DNA of 62,313 bases, filler included, from Sphacelaria rigidula (Eukaryota), in the NCBI GenBank assembly GCA_964200075.2. It is 7 parts of 7 records of this genome, joined end to end, with 100 filler letters (N's around TTAATTAATTAA, not from the genome) between each part and the next. Parts side by side here need not be neighbours in the genome. Positions count along the whole stretch, not along the records: positions 35,670 to 44,484 come from CAXNAA020010032.1; positions 44,585 to 53,399 come from CAXNAA020010033.1; 5 more parts are not named here. One strand, written 5' to 3'. Numbering within the stretch: position 1 is the stretch's first letter; each line of letters starts with the position of its first letter. Positions 37,868 to 51,693 of the stretch are shown here, one piece after another. Under the pieces are notes generated by a model. It was given only the letters and a program-made list of their open reading frames with translations. It did not search any database and had not been told where the DNA came from. The translations under genes and the position numbers were made by a program.

Positions 37868-38784
37868 GAAAGAAGAACACACCTTGGACATGATGGTATA
37901 TTGAGAAAAAAACGGTTTTACCGCGTGATTTATCGACTGTTGCGATAGAGAATAGATTCTATGCTGTACGCAGTACACTTTCTTTAATCATGGAATCTAT
38001 CGTCCAGCGTGTGATGGGTATCCCGTTTGATGTGCATGTCCCAAAACTCACTATCCATGCGTGGTAATGACTGGAGATTCGTTTAACCCGAGCTACGAAC
38101 GGAGCAGAAGACGTCCGTATCGCTAAACTTGAAGCTGAATCACTTATTATACGCCATAGCACCCATCAGAACATGTCGGAAAAGCATGAGTCTTTATCCA
38201 GAAGTAATATCGATGGCGGGGGCATCGTGCGTTCACGTACCGTAGGCATGTATCCCGTGTGCAGGTACGCCACTCCTGCCCAGTTGGAGTCCTACCGATC
38301 CGCAGAGCTACCGCACTTGTACAGAACATCCGTAAACCCTTCAGGTAGCCCGGAGATACTCTGAATGTCCTGTAGATGTGCAGGGACCCTGTATACGGGC
38401 AGGGCTTGAGCTGGCCAGGTGTGCGCACTTCGCTCAGGTCATCGTGGCTGCAGTGCTGTGATACGTACGAATTTGCTCCGTGTTTTCTTGTTGCTGTAGA
38501 GTCATGCCGCGGTAGGGGTGGCACATTTGGGCTCAGAGGTTGTTCAACCCGGGCTTCTATAAGTTAGGAGCTACGTGGAATATTGGTTGGGACATTTCCG
38601 TGTCAAGTCATGCGAGACGTGATCTGGCCCCCAATAGGATGTTACTCGTGACGTGCTCCTTCACATATTATATATTTTATTTTTTGTTGGATGGGCGGGG
38701 ATGAGTTCTCCTAACAATTCCGTGCTTGGCAACTAATAATACTATTTGTGCACCCCACCCGTCGCACCACTCTTGCGATCATTT

Positions 38785-40793
38785 CACACTCTGGACAGTG
38801 ACGATATATTGCCTTGGCGAAGAATGCAATGCTTGCAGTATCGATTATTACCTCTATTACAATAGACAGGGAGATCCCATACTGTACTCAGTACATTTTT
38901 TGACAAGGTAATCTATTTGTCATTATCCAGGGTGAAAATCATTTCATGTGGCTTTGACTCGGAACTCGGGCAACCAATCTTGGAGAAAAATGCTCAATTT
39001 TGCACACCCTGGACAACAGACGGCATTCATTGCAATAGCAATAGAATCTGCTGCAGTAGATGCTAATGTTGTCGTCCTTAATGGCGATCGATCGGCAAGT
39101 TTCTCTTCCTTTTGTCGTTGGCAATGTCTACCGATAGATCAATTCCCCACACTCTTGTCTGGGTAGCAGTCTGCTGTGGCCGTACGCCGAAATCTATTGC
39201 GGCCGACCACATGTATCCATCGATAGCTTCCCATATCCGTTGATGACGGCAATGGCTATCGATAGACGGCGTGCCAAATCTGTCGATGACGACGATGGCT
39301 ATTGACAGGTTGTATACCAAATCTATTGATGACGGCAATAGCTATCGATAGATTGCGTATAAATCTATGCATGGCGGCAATGAGTATCGATAGATACATA
39401 CCAGAATCTACTCTGGTTTACGATGCCTACCGGTAGATATTCTCTGCCGTCGATTGCCACACCTACATCGCAACATACTACGTACAGAGCGTATTGTACT
39501 CCGTTAAGGTACGGTCGAGAAGCCGCAGATAGACATGCAGTGGATATTTTATGATACTACCTGTGAATGTATGACATCACGTTCCGCAAATTGTGTGGAC
39601 AGAAGTTTACAACTTTTGTTGTTGGTGTGGTGTTGGTTCTTATGGTTGTCCCGCTGATGGACATGAGCGCTTATAGTACTTTTGTGTGTGGGCGAGATGT
39701 GCTCATACCCTGGACAATAGACTATGTAATAGAACATTGGCGCTGCAATAGCCCCGGAAATTTGACCGTCAACATTCATCGTCAGTCATAATCGACTGTC
39801 ATCAATGTCTATCGAAAGCTGTTGTAGGCGACAATAGATTCGGGACACGGGACAGAATGTATCATCGCCGTGACAATGGAGGGACCAAGTTGTCTATCGA
39901 TCCATTTTATCTGTTGCAATAGGGTCTGGATTGTGGCCACCAATGTATATTGCTAATTGCAATAGGATCTGCCACGCGGCCATCAATACATATTGTTGGT
40001 TAAAAAAGGATATCAATTGCGCCCAGCAATGTCTATTGAGGGTCACAATATAATCGGAATCGCGTCCACCAATTTTTACCGCTGGTCACAATGCAATCTG
40101 AATCACGGGCACGAATGTCTGTTGCTGACCACCAAAGTAGCTGAATGGCGTCGATTACTAGCTTTATGTATGCACATATTTCGATGTATGCTTCCACCTT
40201 ATTCCACAGAAGCTATGATCAGCTATCGCCTCAGGTCGTTGCGTGTTCATGTGTAAGGGGTATTGCCGTTGATGTCATAAGACCACTGCAGTGAGCAATC
40301 TATTTATCAAAACCTATCGTTGGCGTCACTGGCTATCGATAGGTGCTCCCGAGAAAAATGGACTGCTGACGGCAATGTCCATATTGATGGATACCAAAAA
40401 ATGCGTTGTTGGCGGCAGAGGCTACCGGTAGGTGGCTCACGAAATCTATTGATGACGATAACAGGTATTGATAGATGGCTCACCTAATTCATTGATGACG
40501 GCAATGGCTATCAATGGATGGCTCACAAAACCTATTGATGACGGCAAAGGCTATCGACATTATCCCCCAAAATCTATTGCGGTACACGACGTCCATCGAT
40601 GGCGAGTGACCCTTATCTATTGTAACTGCCATAGGTTATCGATCGACTATTGCAACATCTATCGTCCCTTGCAATACATATCAACATTTGTGTTTCACCA
40701 TCTATCGTGTTTCGATAGTATATATCGATACATTTTCTCCCATGTCTATTGCTGAAGCGATGGACTAGTAATGTGTCCATTGTCCAGAGTGTG
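38785..40793. mobile_element. Cluster of non-autonomous TIR elements with CACAC(C/T)CTGGACA ends and ATCGAT-rich interior
   Basis: Left-type ends at 38785, 39003 and 39704; right-type ends at ~38924-38934 and 40781-40793; many ctatcgat / aaatctattgatgacg motifs. Confidence 0.7.
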
Positions 40794-42075
40794 CAATTTT
40801 GTCGAATGGGTTCCCGCCCCCTGTTTTTTTATAATGGGTCTGCTGCAACCATTTGCGTGCATCGGCATCAGGCCCCGTCTAATCGCGTAAAAAACAGAAG
40901 TGAGAAATGAAACAAGAATCCAGAAGCTGCATGTTGATTAGTCGCCGCGCCCATAGACCCGCCCGGCGACCAATTAACGTGTTGGCTTCTCTAAATTGTT
41001 CATGGTTGACATATGAAACAAAAACACATGCTGCCAGCTAGTAGTAGGCTCTTATCGATTATGCTAGTTGGATATTTTTATATCGATTATTATCGGATAT
41101 AAAAACTTCGGTAAGAGCATAACCTGTTGAAGAGCGTACTGCTGCCAGCAGCTGGGCCGTCTCAAACCATGACGGAACTTCCACCGAACAGATCTCGAGA
41201 AACACGGCCGAGATATCTCTCCACGGTTCGGACGAATCAACGCCGGTTCGAATCGCGGAATCTACGTTTTTTCAGGCGCGATTGCTCGAAAGAGAGAAGA
41301 AATTGACCGCTGGTCATAGAAAGGTCTCGACGCAATTTTTGCGCCGTTCCACGTCCCTATGCCGCCCGTACCTGGGTTGCAACGCTGAAAACAATGCTCA
41401 AGGATTGATTTGTACGGTGCGAATCAATTACACTAAAATCAAATGATTTACAGACGAATCATTAATTCGTCCGACCCTTGAATACCTCAAAGTAAACATT
41501 AATCTGTTATCGGGAGATCGCCATGCGTGTGCTCCGACAGCTCTTGGTGTACTGGAGGGCTTTCACACACAAGAGGAGGTCGCGTGCCCATACTATACTG
41601 GGTTCAGTACAAGGTAAAATTACAAAACGTGCGGGTGGAATTAGGGTTCGAAAGTGCGCCTCTTTTTTTGTTCTTGTGGGTCTGGTGCGGCCGTTTGCTT
41701 GCATCACCATTATGCCCGCTCTTATTACCGAGTGAAAAAACAGAAGTGATGGCACGAAACAAGAATCCGAAAGCAGCATGTTGATTGGTCGCCGCAACCA
41801 TGAACCCGCCCGGCGGCTAATCGACACGCTGCTTGTGGAAGTTTGTTTCGTTTCTCGTTTTTTTTTTTTTTCTTGTCTCGACGAGACAAACCCTTAGCAC
41901 GCTACTCACGCTCTCCAAGAGATGAGTGATGGGAGAGGAGGAACTCTGTCCTACCATATATAAAGATAAGGATGTTCCACTTGGTGGCTGCTGAGACTAC
42001 AGTACACAAGATTAAAGGCGCGCCCTGTCCGGTGCGCCTCGCAACTACTCGCCTCTCGCGCGGATGCTGAGGCTT

Positions 42076-42251
42076 TGTCTCAGCACATTGGTTTTCAATC
42101 GAAATTGTGCGCTGGGAAGCAAAAATCCCGATCTGATAGGTCATAATTTCAACCATCGTTAATGTTGAAGATGGTTGAAATTATGACCTATGTGATGGAG
42201 ACTTTTGCCTTCCATCGCACAGTTTTGATCGAAAACTAGTGTGCCAAGACA
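42076..42251. repeat. ~175-bp imperfect hairpin
   Basis: ataggtcataatttcaaccatc pairs perfectly with gatggttgaaattatgacctat; outer arms gcaca.tggttttc.atc.aaa.tgtgcg also pair. Confidence 0.85.
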
Positions 42252-44904
42252 GGCACTGAGGTGAGCCCTCACTCATGACGCCTTATTATTTTTTTTGTTC
42301 CCTTGATGGAAGGAGGAACCCAACTCATCGCAGGCGATCGCTAGCGAGTTCGTGTGCCGATTCCCAGAAGGCTCGGCTAGACCACCTCGCGGCAGTCATG
42401 TGGGGAAGGCGCCTCGAGCGGTGGCTCATGGCAGTGTGAGGGATGCTCCCACTGAAACCCCCTGTCAACTTGGCGCAGTACACGCGCCGCCCTGCTCTGA
42501 ACAGCTTCGGCGCTAGATGGCGGCTGAGTTGGAAAATAGGGTAACGCGGGGATCCCATGGAGGCGATGAGTCCTGACAAGCAACCGGGTATCTGTCGGCG
42601 TCATCTGCATCTACATGCACGATCTCCACACTCCCACCAATTGCGTTGTACTTACAGTCTATTCTCTCTTTCACTCTCTATATATGTAGCCCTTCGGTGC
42701 GAGGTCTCATTTCGGAACAAAAATATTGTGGGGTATTTCTGGCAAGCGCTAACCATGGCGCAATAAAGTTGCTTGAGTTGTACCGTAGCAACCTGTATCG
42801 CTATATTTGCCGTGCTGTTGGCAACTCATGTGGGTATGCTACGCCGGGTTTTCACCGGCGCGAGAAGGATCTTGCGAGAAAATTGTCTGAAGTAGGCATG
42901 GTGCCCAAGAGGTTGCTATGTGTAGTACAGATGGCACAATGCACCTGGTGGGAGTGTGAGACTTGTGCATACGGATGTCGCCAACTCAGTGTCTACCCTC
43001 ACGCTCCGCAGAGGGTCAAGATATTTCACCGTCTTATCAAAGCTACCATACTCGGCAAAATCGCAGGCACTTTCCTCATGGCGAGTATTTGGGCATCCGC
43101 TCTACGAAACCTAGTATATTATCGGCGCACGGCAAATCTCTGGTATACCGACGGGAAAGATTTCATGCGGGGGGCAATTTTTCGATTTCCGGGGTGAATT
43201 ATTGATATATAATGGACAAAAAAAAGTGCGTAGGCCTATGATCTCCTGAGGATCAGCATTTTTTGTCCTCTCTCTATTTGCAAGGGAACCGAAGGCAGAA
43301 AAAACGAGGAAAATGGTGGTAGCATGTTGAATTTAAAAAACTTGTGGATCGCGACAGTCATTCACCAGTCAAGTCAGTCAGTCAGTCCGTGGGTAAAATG
43401 GCAGTGCGATGTCCTGGTAACTTACCTGGTTGTCATTATCCACGAATGCGTCGGCGATAGAAACGAGGGGACCTAAAGAAATGTACGTGAACAGTGGTTG
43501 GTACTATAGGGATGCCGCCAACCCTAACCCCAACCCTAACCCCAACCCCGGCCAAGTCATACCGAGAACCCTCGGGCAAGGGGTTGCAAAGTGTTTCTTG
43601 AGCTAATTGTGCGTTGCCAGAGCTCAAATCGACGCCTTTTTTTAGCCGATTTTGGCCCAAAACACGTTCTGGACGAGCCGGGTCAAGTGCTCACCACTGC
43701 TAACCTGCCCCAAATCATCAATTTTCTTAGCACTTTCTTCAGTCTAATGTCAACTAAAATCGAGTACCAACCATTATTTACGTACGTTTGTGTAGGTCTA
43801 CTGATGGAAACACGATGCCAAAAGATCTGCCGCTGAAGTAAAAACTCTGGTCCTACTGACGGCCAGGGTGGGCAATCTGTTGAACTTGCGCTCACGTGCA
43901 CTTTGAAGAATGTCGTACGAACTGACTGAGACCCTACATGACTTACTCCGATGGCGAAAGGGTTAACTGCCGTTTAGTCATCGATGTTGTCCCAAGTCAT
44001 GTGCAAAGATCGTTGAGATCATGCGAGAATATGTTGCGTACGGTATATCCGATTCCCAGGTATTCAGAAAAAGTCGTACTCTCTAGTACTCGAGACATTG
44101 AAGATAATATTGAAATCATGAGCAGATTATACCCCGAAAATATAAGTAGAAAATGAATATTGAGATCGTAGCCAAATTATCCGGAACTTGAGTATGAGAC
44201 TGAAGTTATACCTAATTGATATTCCTTACCCGGGTTATACCGAGAGTACTTACCCAAAATTTGGGTAGTCTGAAGATCGTGCCCAGCTCTACCTATTCTT
44301 TGGTTAGACTGATGAGGTAGTACCCAATCTACCCAAAACTAGGGTGAAATACTCACCCGGGTGTTATATCCCAGTATTCGAAAGAGTCATCCTACGATAG
44401 CGGGGGGGGTATTCTAAGTCATTTGTTGCTCGAGATTTCGAGTCAGATCGTCGTTGAAAGAAGCAACGGTTGTTCGAACAAGCTNNNNNNNNNNNNNNNN
44501 NNNNNNNNNNNNNNNNNNNNNNNNNNNNTTAATTAATTAANNNNNNNNNNNNNNNNNNNNNNNNNNNNNNNNNNNNNNNNNNNNCCAATCCCCCTCCTCC
44601 CCGCCTGGTCTCCTGACCTCCTGGCCCCTCACTCATCCCAGAGGCTCAAAATATCTCATCCGCTTTATATAGTTTTCCTCCATCGCTGCTCCATTTTCCA
44701 CTCGTATCCTATATTGTCCGGATATGTTGTTTCCGTCCTGCACAACTACTTGCGTAATTCACCTGCACTGTTCATGGTGACTGCGTTGTGACCTGGTTCT
44801 TTGATGACTACAACTGATCACCAGGATTGATTCTTGCTTACGCACGGGTGTATACGTCAAAGGTAAAAAGGATGATGATCGAGATGTATGATGCACAACA
44901 ACAG

Positions 44905-47900
44905 TCAGCGACACCAACGCATCGATGCAGAAGACATTTCGCATCGCTGACGTTCCTGTAGTCTACGTCAACGCAGACTTATGGACAAGCAGAGTCTCCG
45001 GGCTCAAGTACCTCGGTGAGTTTTGGTGGGTGCTGGACTCATTACAGGGTAAGCCGTTGCCGTCACATGCACGTTGATCCTCCCCGACTAGAACCCGTCT
45101 TGGAGCCGGTCCTGCCTTCAGCACCCAGTCGTGACGATTCTCCTGTGTACTACATTTTTGTATCGCCGACCATGTGAGGTAACCTATTGTGCCGTCCCCG
45201 TTGTGTGAACATGATCCTGTATGCGACCGTCGTGCGACAATTGACCTTGCTCCCCTACAAAGCCGTGACGAAGCACGCGGGGTTTTTACGGGCCCGCGCT
45301 CAAGAGTGGGGGTAGAGACTCCCCGAAAGTGTGTGCCGCTTCGAGAGTCGCAACCTTCAGTGTTTTTGTGTTGAAGCGGAGGAGAGTATTTTTTACGGTG
45401 TGGACCACCAGCATCGCGGTTGCCGATGCAGATAACGACCGCACGAGTGGGGGAGAGACAAGCGCTCAGCCGAGTCGATTTCCAAGAACACTTTGTATCA
45501 TCGTATATCACCATTGATCCATATCGCCGTTCCGCGCTTCTGCTTTACGTCGAATACCTGCAGGTGTCCGTGTTTTTGTCCTCCATCAAAAAATGGACGT
45601 GAAGACGCATCTCCTCGCGCTAAAGCTGTTTCGGCCTCATCGATATTTCGACAAGCACGGCGGTGACGTGGTCTTCAAGTGGATCATACAAGTGCTGGCG
45701 CGGCATGGTATACGCGATGAGGATATCGCCGGCGCGGTGACGGATGCCGGGTCCGACGTTCGGAGTGGGGTGGTGTCGGCTTGGTTTTGGGAATGATGCT
45801 TTGCCCACCTCCTGAACCGCGCGACCATTGACGCCACGGGAATGTCGCCCGCGAAGGATCGATAAAAAAAAAAACAGTGTCACAAGCTGATCAAAGGGAT
45901 CGTGGAGCACTTCAACAAGTCCGCCGTCGACAAGGTTAGATATCATGAAATGAGGATGACAACCTGGGTGCCCCATGTACCATTGCCACCTTCAGCCGCT
46001 GGGAAGTCACGTTTATTCATGCATGACTAGTTGTTGCATTCGTAGTCGACACCTCCAACTACTCCTTCAAAATATTTTTCGAGTACGAATGGTAGTTACA
46101 GTGACATTCGCGAATTACCAATCGTTCCCGGTCTGCGATGCGTATGCACCACCTCATCACTGAAGTTGCCTCGACGCTGACTCCTCCGTTTTTTCTCGGG
46201 AATCCTTTGCGCGTAACCACTGCTATGAGCAGATTGCCCTGGAGGATTTCATCGACGAAATGTCGGGAGGAGAGGGCTTCAAGGCAAAGCTGTCGCAAGC
46301 CGTTGCCCAGCGCTGGATAAGCGTCGGCCAGATGCTGCTGCGTGTTCTGGAGAGATGAGATGCCCTGAGGACATTCTACTTGGCCAAGGGGAAACCTTTT
46401 CCCTTGACCGGCAAGAAGGATGAGGTGAGCCGAAGATCAGTGTGTCCGTGCCTGGTATATCGGCGGCGCACATACGAAGTTGCTGTTCAATGCTTCGCGG
46501 ACGCTGGCCGCTATACGTTGACAAAGCGTGATCCATGTGAACCGTGATTCTTGGAACACCCCCACCCACCGTGGTGGCAAAATCCTCATCCCGCCCCTCT
46601 CCTTGATCGAGTCATGACGAGATTATTGTCTTGTTCGAGCGTCACTGAACGTCTGTTTGAACCGCCTGACAACAATCTTACGTTCTCAGGTCGAGGAGGT
46701 GTACAGTATCGTCAATGAGGTGAACGGGGTTATTGTACATTCACAAACGACGTACGAGTCAACCGCGCAGGGTGGACTACAACGCCTGGTCCTAGTCGCC
46801 ACCACCGCCTTGGACCCGGAAAAACCACTCAAGATGAGCCATGTGCGGGCAGTCGGGCAGGGTACAGAGGACGTGGAACCGGAGGTACGACCCTCCGCCG
46901 ACTTGACAAGTGTCGCGAAAGTCACTCGCGAGGCGTTTGCACGGGGCGTGGCCAGGCGGTTTGTATCACCGCGTTATGGGAAAGGCCTCTCGCCACACAG
47001 CCACAGGTATGACATGGCCATCTTCTTGACTCCAGGCGGGCGTGCTCTGAAGTATCTCAATAAGCTGAAGAATTCGACCATCGGAACGCTGGGAGGCTTC
47101 ACGAAGCCAGTAGAGGACGTGAGGACAGTAATTATTGGCCAGGTGGAGGATCTCCTCGCGGGAGCGATCACTGAGAGCAGGGCCAGGCCGAAGACGACTC
47201 CCGTCGTGGTGAACGTCGAGCCGCGAGTGGTGAAGCGGTTTAAAACCGCCACCGGCGCCGCTGTCGATCCGCGGCGGGAGGAGTTCGGCGCGGAGGGCAT
47301 CATGGACTCAAGCAGCGACGAGGAGGGGGAAGCTGCGAGCACCCCCGACACCACTCCCAAGAAAGAAGCCGCCGTCCTCATCAAGGCATGGAAAAACGCC
47401 AAGGTGTGTGCGTTGCGATGTATTACTATTTCTGCACCGCACGTTCCTGTTCTATGACTCATCTCCATGAAGAAAAAAAGCGACGCCAAGCATTGGGATT
47501 GTTCCCCCAGCATTTCAACGCAGCATAACGCACACATCACCATCACTTCACCGCATTGACTCATCGTCTTTTTTCTTCACAGACGCATGTACCGAGCAGT
47601 TCAAATACATACCAAAAATCAGACTGTGATCATGGTGAGAATGTTGTAGAAACGTAAGACGCTAGAGTGAAGGTCGCTGGCGAACCGTATGCCACTGCCA
47701 TGCGTTCAATATCATATTTGTTTTCGTCGCTCCGGGTTACAGATCGGGAAAGAGGAGAAGAAACTGGACGGTGTCGAGTATTGGCGGGCCCACGGCAAAG
47801 AACACTCGCCTCACCTTCGGTCCCTGGCGCAGGCGGTGTTTGGTGCACCTTCCTCCGCGGGAGTAATGGAGCGTGACTTCTGTGTCGCGGATATGTTTCA

Positions 47901-48156
47901 GCCCCGCAAGCGTGGTGGCGTCGACCCCGCCAATCTCGAAATGGCCTGGTTTGTGCGGGGCCAGTTCGACAACATCCCTGTAGACATCCCACAGCTAACG
48001 GATGAGCAGGCATCGAAAGCCGTGCCAGGTCGGTTCACCGACAGAAAAATGCTAGAAGAGGTTGAGGTGTTGAACGTTTCTCCTGAGCCCGAGACTGATA
48101 TGGGGGAGGAGGAAGATTTTTCGTGGGAGAACGAGTACGGAATGGCTCTGAATTAG
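44905..48156 (+). pseudogene. Spliced hAT-superfamily transposase, 5' truncated, with in-frame stops; exons 44905-45015, 45564-45934, 46233-46424, 46690-47403, 47743-48156
   Basis: Phase-compatible GT-AG exons give NADLWTSR (first D), AVTDAGSD (second D), CFAHLLN (CxxH), QRWISV (RW) and EYW...LAQAVFGAPSSAGVMERDF (catalytic E, hATC domain); stops TGA 45794, TAA 45863, TGA 46356. Confidence 0.9.
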
Positions 48157-48231
48157 CTTGTTGGACTTCGTCTGATCCAAACGTGCAGTGCGAGGGTTCA
48201 TTTCTGTTTCGAATGGGAAACTAGGGGTGTC

Positions 48232-48520
48232 GCGCCCTGGCGGTCCAGTGGTCACCATTAGAGGGTGCTGATGACGAGTGTTGGAATTCCGATGCGGTGA
48301 GCTTCTCCAAAATAATTAATTTTCACCGTGGAAAGCGTGAGAACATAAGTAAACAGAGTAGTTGACTGAGTTTGTTTGACGACAGTTGACGTGGGGCGGA
48401 AGTGCAGACCCAATACGCAGGATCAACATGCAAGGTGTAACGGGGGGAAGTGGGTTGATCCCTCGAGACCGGTCTGGTCGCGCAGAAGGGGAGAGGTTCG
48501 AACCGTGACAAGGAGTAAAG
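48232..48520 (+). mobile_element. tRNA-derived SINE, diverged copy; other degenerate copies at ~9700-9995(-) and ~23540-23830(-)
   Basis: Homologous to the 57170-57436 and 60446-60739 copies (gagtttgtttgacga.agttgacg, gttgatccc, aaggggag.ggttc). Confidence 0.75.
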
Positions 48521-48640
48521 TTGGGGTAAAACACAAGGTGACACATACAATAGTGGAGTGATGGTGTGCTGATAACGTGATGGTTGTTCAAAAACAGGTT
48601 GTAATGAAGCGTGCCCCTGCGACAAGTGTCTTTGGTCTAA

Positions 48641-49337
48641 CACACACTGGATATCGATGAATTTTCGTAGAACTAGACGGCATGTCGTCCCTGGGAACGG
48701 CGATGGACAACAAATATATGTTGGTCCTTTGCCGATGCCATCAATCGCCACAATTTGAAGTCAGTCCCGGTTCGCATGGGTCATGAAGGAAATTGGCTAC
48801 CGTGCTCGATTTTCTCGCATGTTGTCGTCTACCGCAGTGTACAATGACGGAACCCCATGAACTCTATTGGCATGAACCATGCATATCGATGGAAAAGTCC
48901 AAAATATATCGCTACCGGCCGTGTCTATCGGTGAATAATGCAAAAATCTATTGCCGTTGGCCATGTATATCGATGGAACGTTTCGAATATTCATTGTCAC
49001 ATACCATTTATGTTGATGGAAATTTGCGGAATCTATGGCGAAGGACCATGTGTATTGACATGAACTTTTCATTGTCCATTTCTATGCACGATGTGCACCG
49101 GTGGCATGAACCAGAATTTATCGTTACCGACCAGTGCCCATCGGTGGAGTATTTCACACATCATTGCCAGTAAAAATATATATATCGACGAAAAGATCAC
49201 CCAGTACATTGTTGCAGCAATGAATATGGCCAAATATATGTTGCAGTCATTGTTTTCCACAATAGATATCAATATGATCATCACCGTAACTATTGGTGCA
49301 GCAATAGACCATTACCATATCTATTGTCCAGGGTGTG
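48641..49337. mobile_element. Non-autonomous TIR element, same family as 38785-40793
   Basis: cacacactggata ... tattgtccagggtgtg; ATCGAT/TCTAT-rich interior; flanks ctaa / ctat. Confidence 0.65.
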
Positions 49338-51636
49338 CTATGATGACCCAAGCTTGTATGTCGAACAATACCTACGGCGAAAATATTTCACATCCTGTAC
49401 TACACTTGTATGCGACGAGTGTGCCATGCAGCTGTGACTGTACCAACGCGGGTGCGGTGTGCGAGGAGTGTGTGATGGAACGTCAAATCCCAGACAAAAA
49501 ACAATCGCTGGAAATCGGTTCCTCTTCCCGGAGATATTTGGAAGAATCGCAGTCTGAGGGTTTACATCAGTTTTCCCCATGCAGCTTTTCCTTTGAATTG
49601 GCCCTATAACGTCGCATTGTTGCTGAAGTCTCTGGAAATTGACCGCAACGACTCGACTCAGACACTTTCGTCAGTCTACAAGAAGCGGCTTCAATAGCAA
49701 AATCCATCTCCAATTTGGGAAATGCCGTGTTTTGTGACGACCGGTGACGGCCTAAAACGCCCCACGTGAACACGGCACTTACTCCGTATGACCCTGACAA
49801 CACGAATTCAGCAGCATGTGGTGGGCCCCATCTCCTTCTCTTTCCCATACCGCTTGACGCCAGCACTTTGAACCGCCTGCAACACAAGAGATAACACTAC
49901 CGCATATCCCCTGACTACCCAAAACGTACACCGGACACATTTTGTGTGCCGCGGCAATGTCAGAAAACTACCCCAAAGGACAAGAAACGAGCACTCAACT
50001 GCGGGAAAATTGCGGCACAGCGTACTGTACTCGCTGCGGCAGGTTGTGCTCGTTTCGAGCAGTGCCTGGCGCTCACCTCCTGCGTCGATGTTCCGTTTCT
50101 CTTGGCCCTTCGCCGCTCCGGAAACATCGTGGCGGGCCTCTTCCATGGTCGACGGACGCTCCACCTCTTCGGCCGGAATGACTTCCATCCGCACCCACCG
50201 CCTACTAGTACGCAGACTCTGTAGACTTTGACATAAATTTGACGGTGCGGGGCAAGAACAAGTGGGGAATACCTGAATTGCCTCTACTCTGTGTGACGTC
50301 GATGTCCATAACACGCGAGTGCCATGCACATGACAACCCCTACAAGAGAGCAACCGCACACCTGGATTAGATTGTACTCTGACGGGTAACGCCGATGATT
50401 GCTCCCAAGCGTCGTCATTGTCGGCCACAATACGGCACCGTGCCCTCTCCATGCCATGTGGGCATTTCTGTACGGTGCATCCTAACGAGACAACACACGA
50501 TTATTTCAAACGCAAGTGCGCAAACGTAGCTGCACGAGTCTTTGATGTTACGCGACTAAGGACAGCCCAACACCTAACGTCGCTGCAAGACGGTCGGGTT
50601 ACGAAAATCTGGACCTGCGACGGGTGGTATTCCCCATACACATGAACGGCAGCAGAAGCGTCTGGGTACATGTTGTGGTGAACAGCGGAAGATAGGTGGA
50701 AATCACTGCGGGGCAGAGATAAACGAAGGATGTTACGTTCTACGGTGTGCCATATCACCTTGCACGTTGCTGCTGTGCATCGAGCACGTTGTGCAGCTAC
50801 AGGCATCACTGATGCGGGTGGTGCGTAGTCTCTACCGCAGGCGGCCCGCAGTATATGATGTTCTGTACTGAATCACATGTGTTCAGACCAGTGCAGACGG
50901 GATGGGGTCGCATGTACATAACCTTTCACGAACTGCGTCGTGCACTACTGAGCCGGCACGTTTTCTCAGTAGAAATCACTTGCAATTTATGCTGTTACAT
51001 ACCTTGCAAGCGATGCAGCTTTCTTCTCGTCCGCAGACCGCCCGTGAGGCGAGCTCTTGATGGCGGAAGTTCCCGCCCATCTTCCCGTGATGATCCCCAG
51101 CCTTGGTCTCAGACAATTGAAACCTTCGGAATATGACAAGATCTACTGGAAGTTACACGTCTCGTGCCCTAACCCCTCCATTTTATCGAAAAGGAACAAC
51201 ACTGACACATCAGGTTCCTGTACACTACGGGAAATACAACGGTACGAGTACACATACTCTGCACCCAAAAAGACCCTATTCGGCAGCGGTGTTGTCGCCA
51301 ATGTCTGTACTTCTACACCGTCTAACGGCAGAACTTACCGTCATATATGTTGGTATCGATTTCCTGGCCGATTCGTGATTGCTCTCTCCTCTATTTCTAC
51401 GTAAAGCTTCACGGGTGAAAGAACCGGGGAGTCGCTTACGTACTTCAACACCCCCTCCCACCTGTTCCACGGACGGCGTCGGCACGAACAAGCGAAGACA
51501 ATGAATGAGCAGTGCTATGATAGGGGTTGCACGTTTTGTTTCTGGGCCTCGTTTTTGTAGGAGCCCAAATATATGGGAGTTGCTGTGCAACCCAAATCTC
51601 CGGGAACAGGGCATGGAGATGCACACAGGGGCCTTT

Positions 51637-51693
51637 TCGTGAATCGGCATCATTTTCAGTATTTTTCAAGTGAAAATGATGCCGATTCTCAAA
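51637..51693. repeat. Short hairpin; arm motif also near 8410 and 13160
   Basis: gaatcggcatcattttca pairs with tgaaaatgatgccgattc. Confidence 0.8.

Noticed and set aside
45794-46358. UGA-as-Trp recoding in the transposase
   Set aside because: A TAA stop is also present and host genes here (truB, WSC-expansin) end in TGA; simple decay is more parsimonious
50590-50955. Possible Ulp1/C48 protease remnant (VVFPIHMNG...WVHVVV; CGWCV)
   Set aside because: Catalytic His not visible, several stops and frameshifts; needs a translated HMM search
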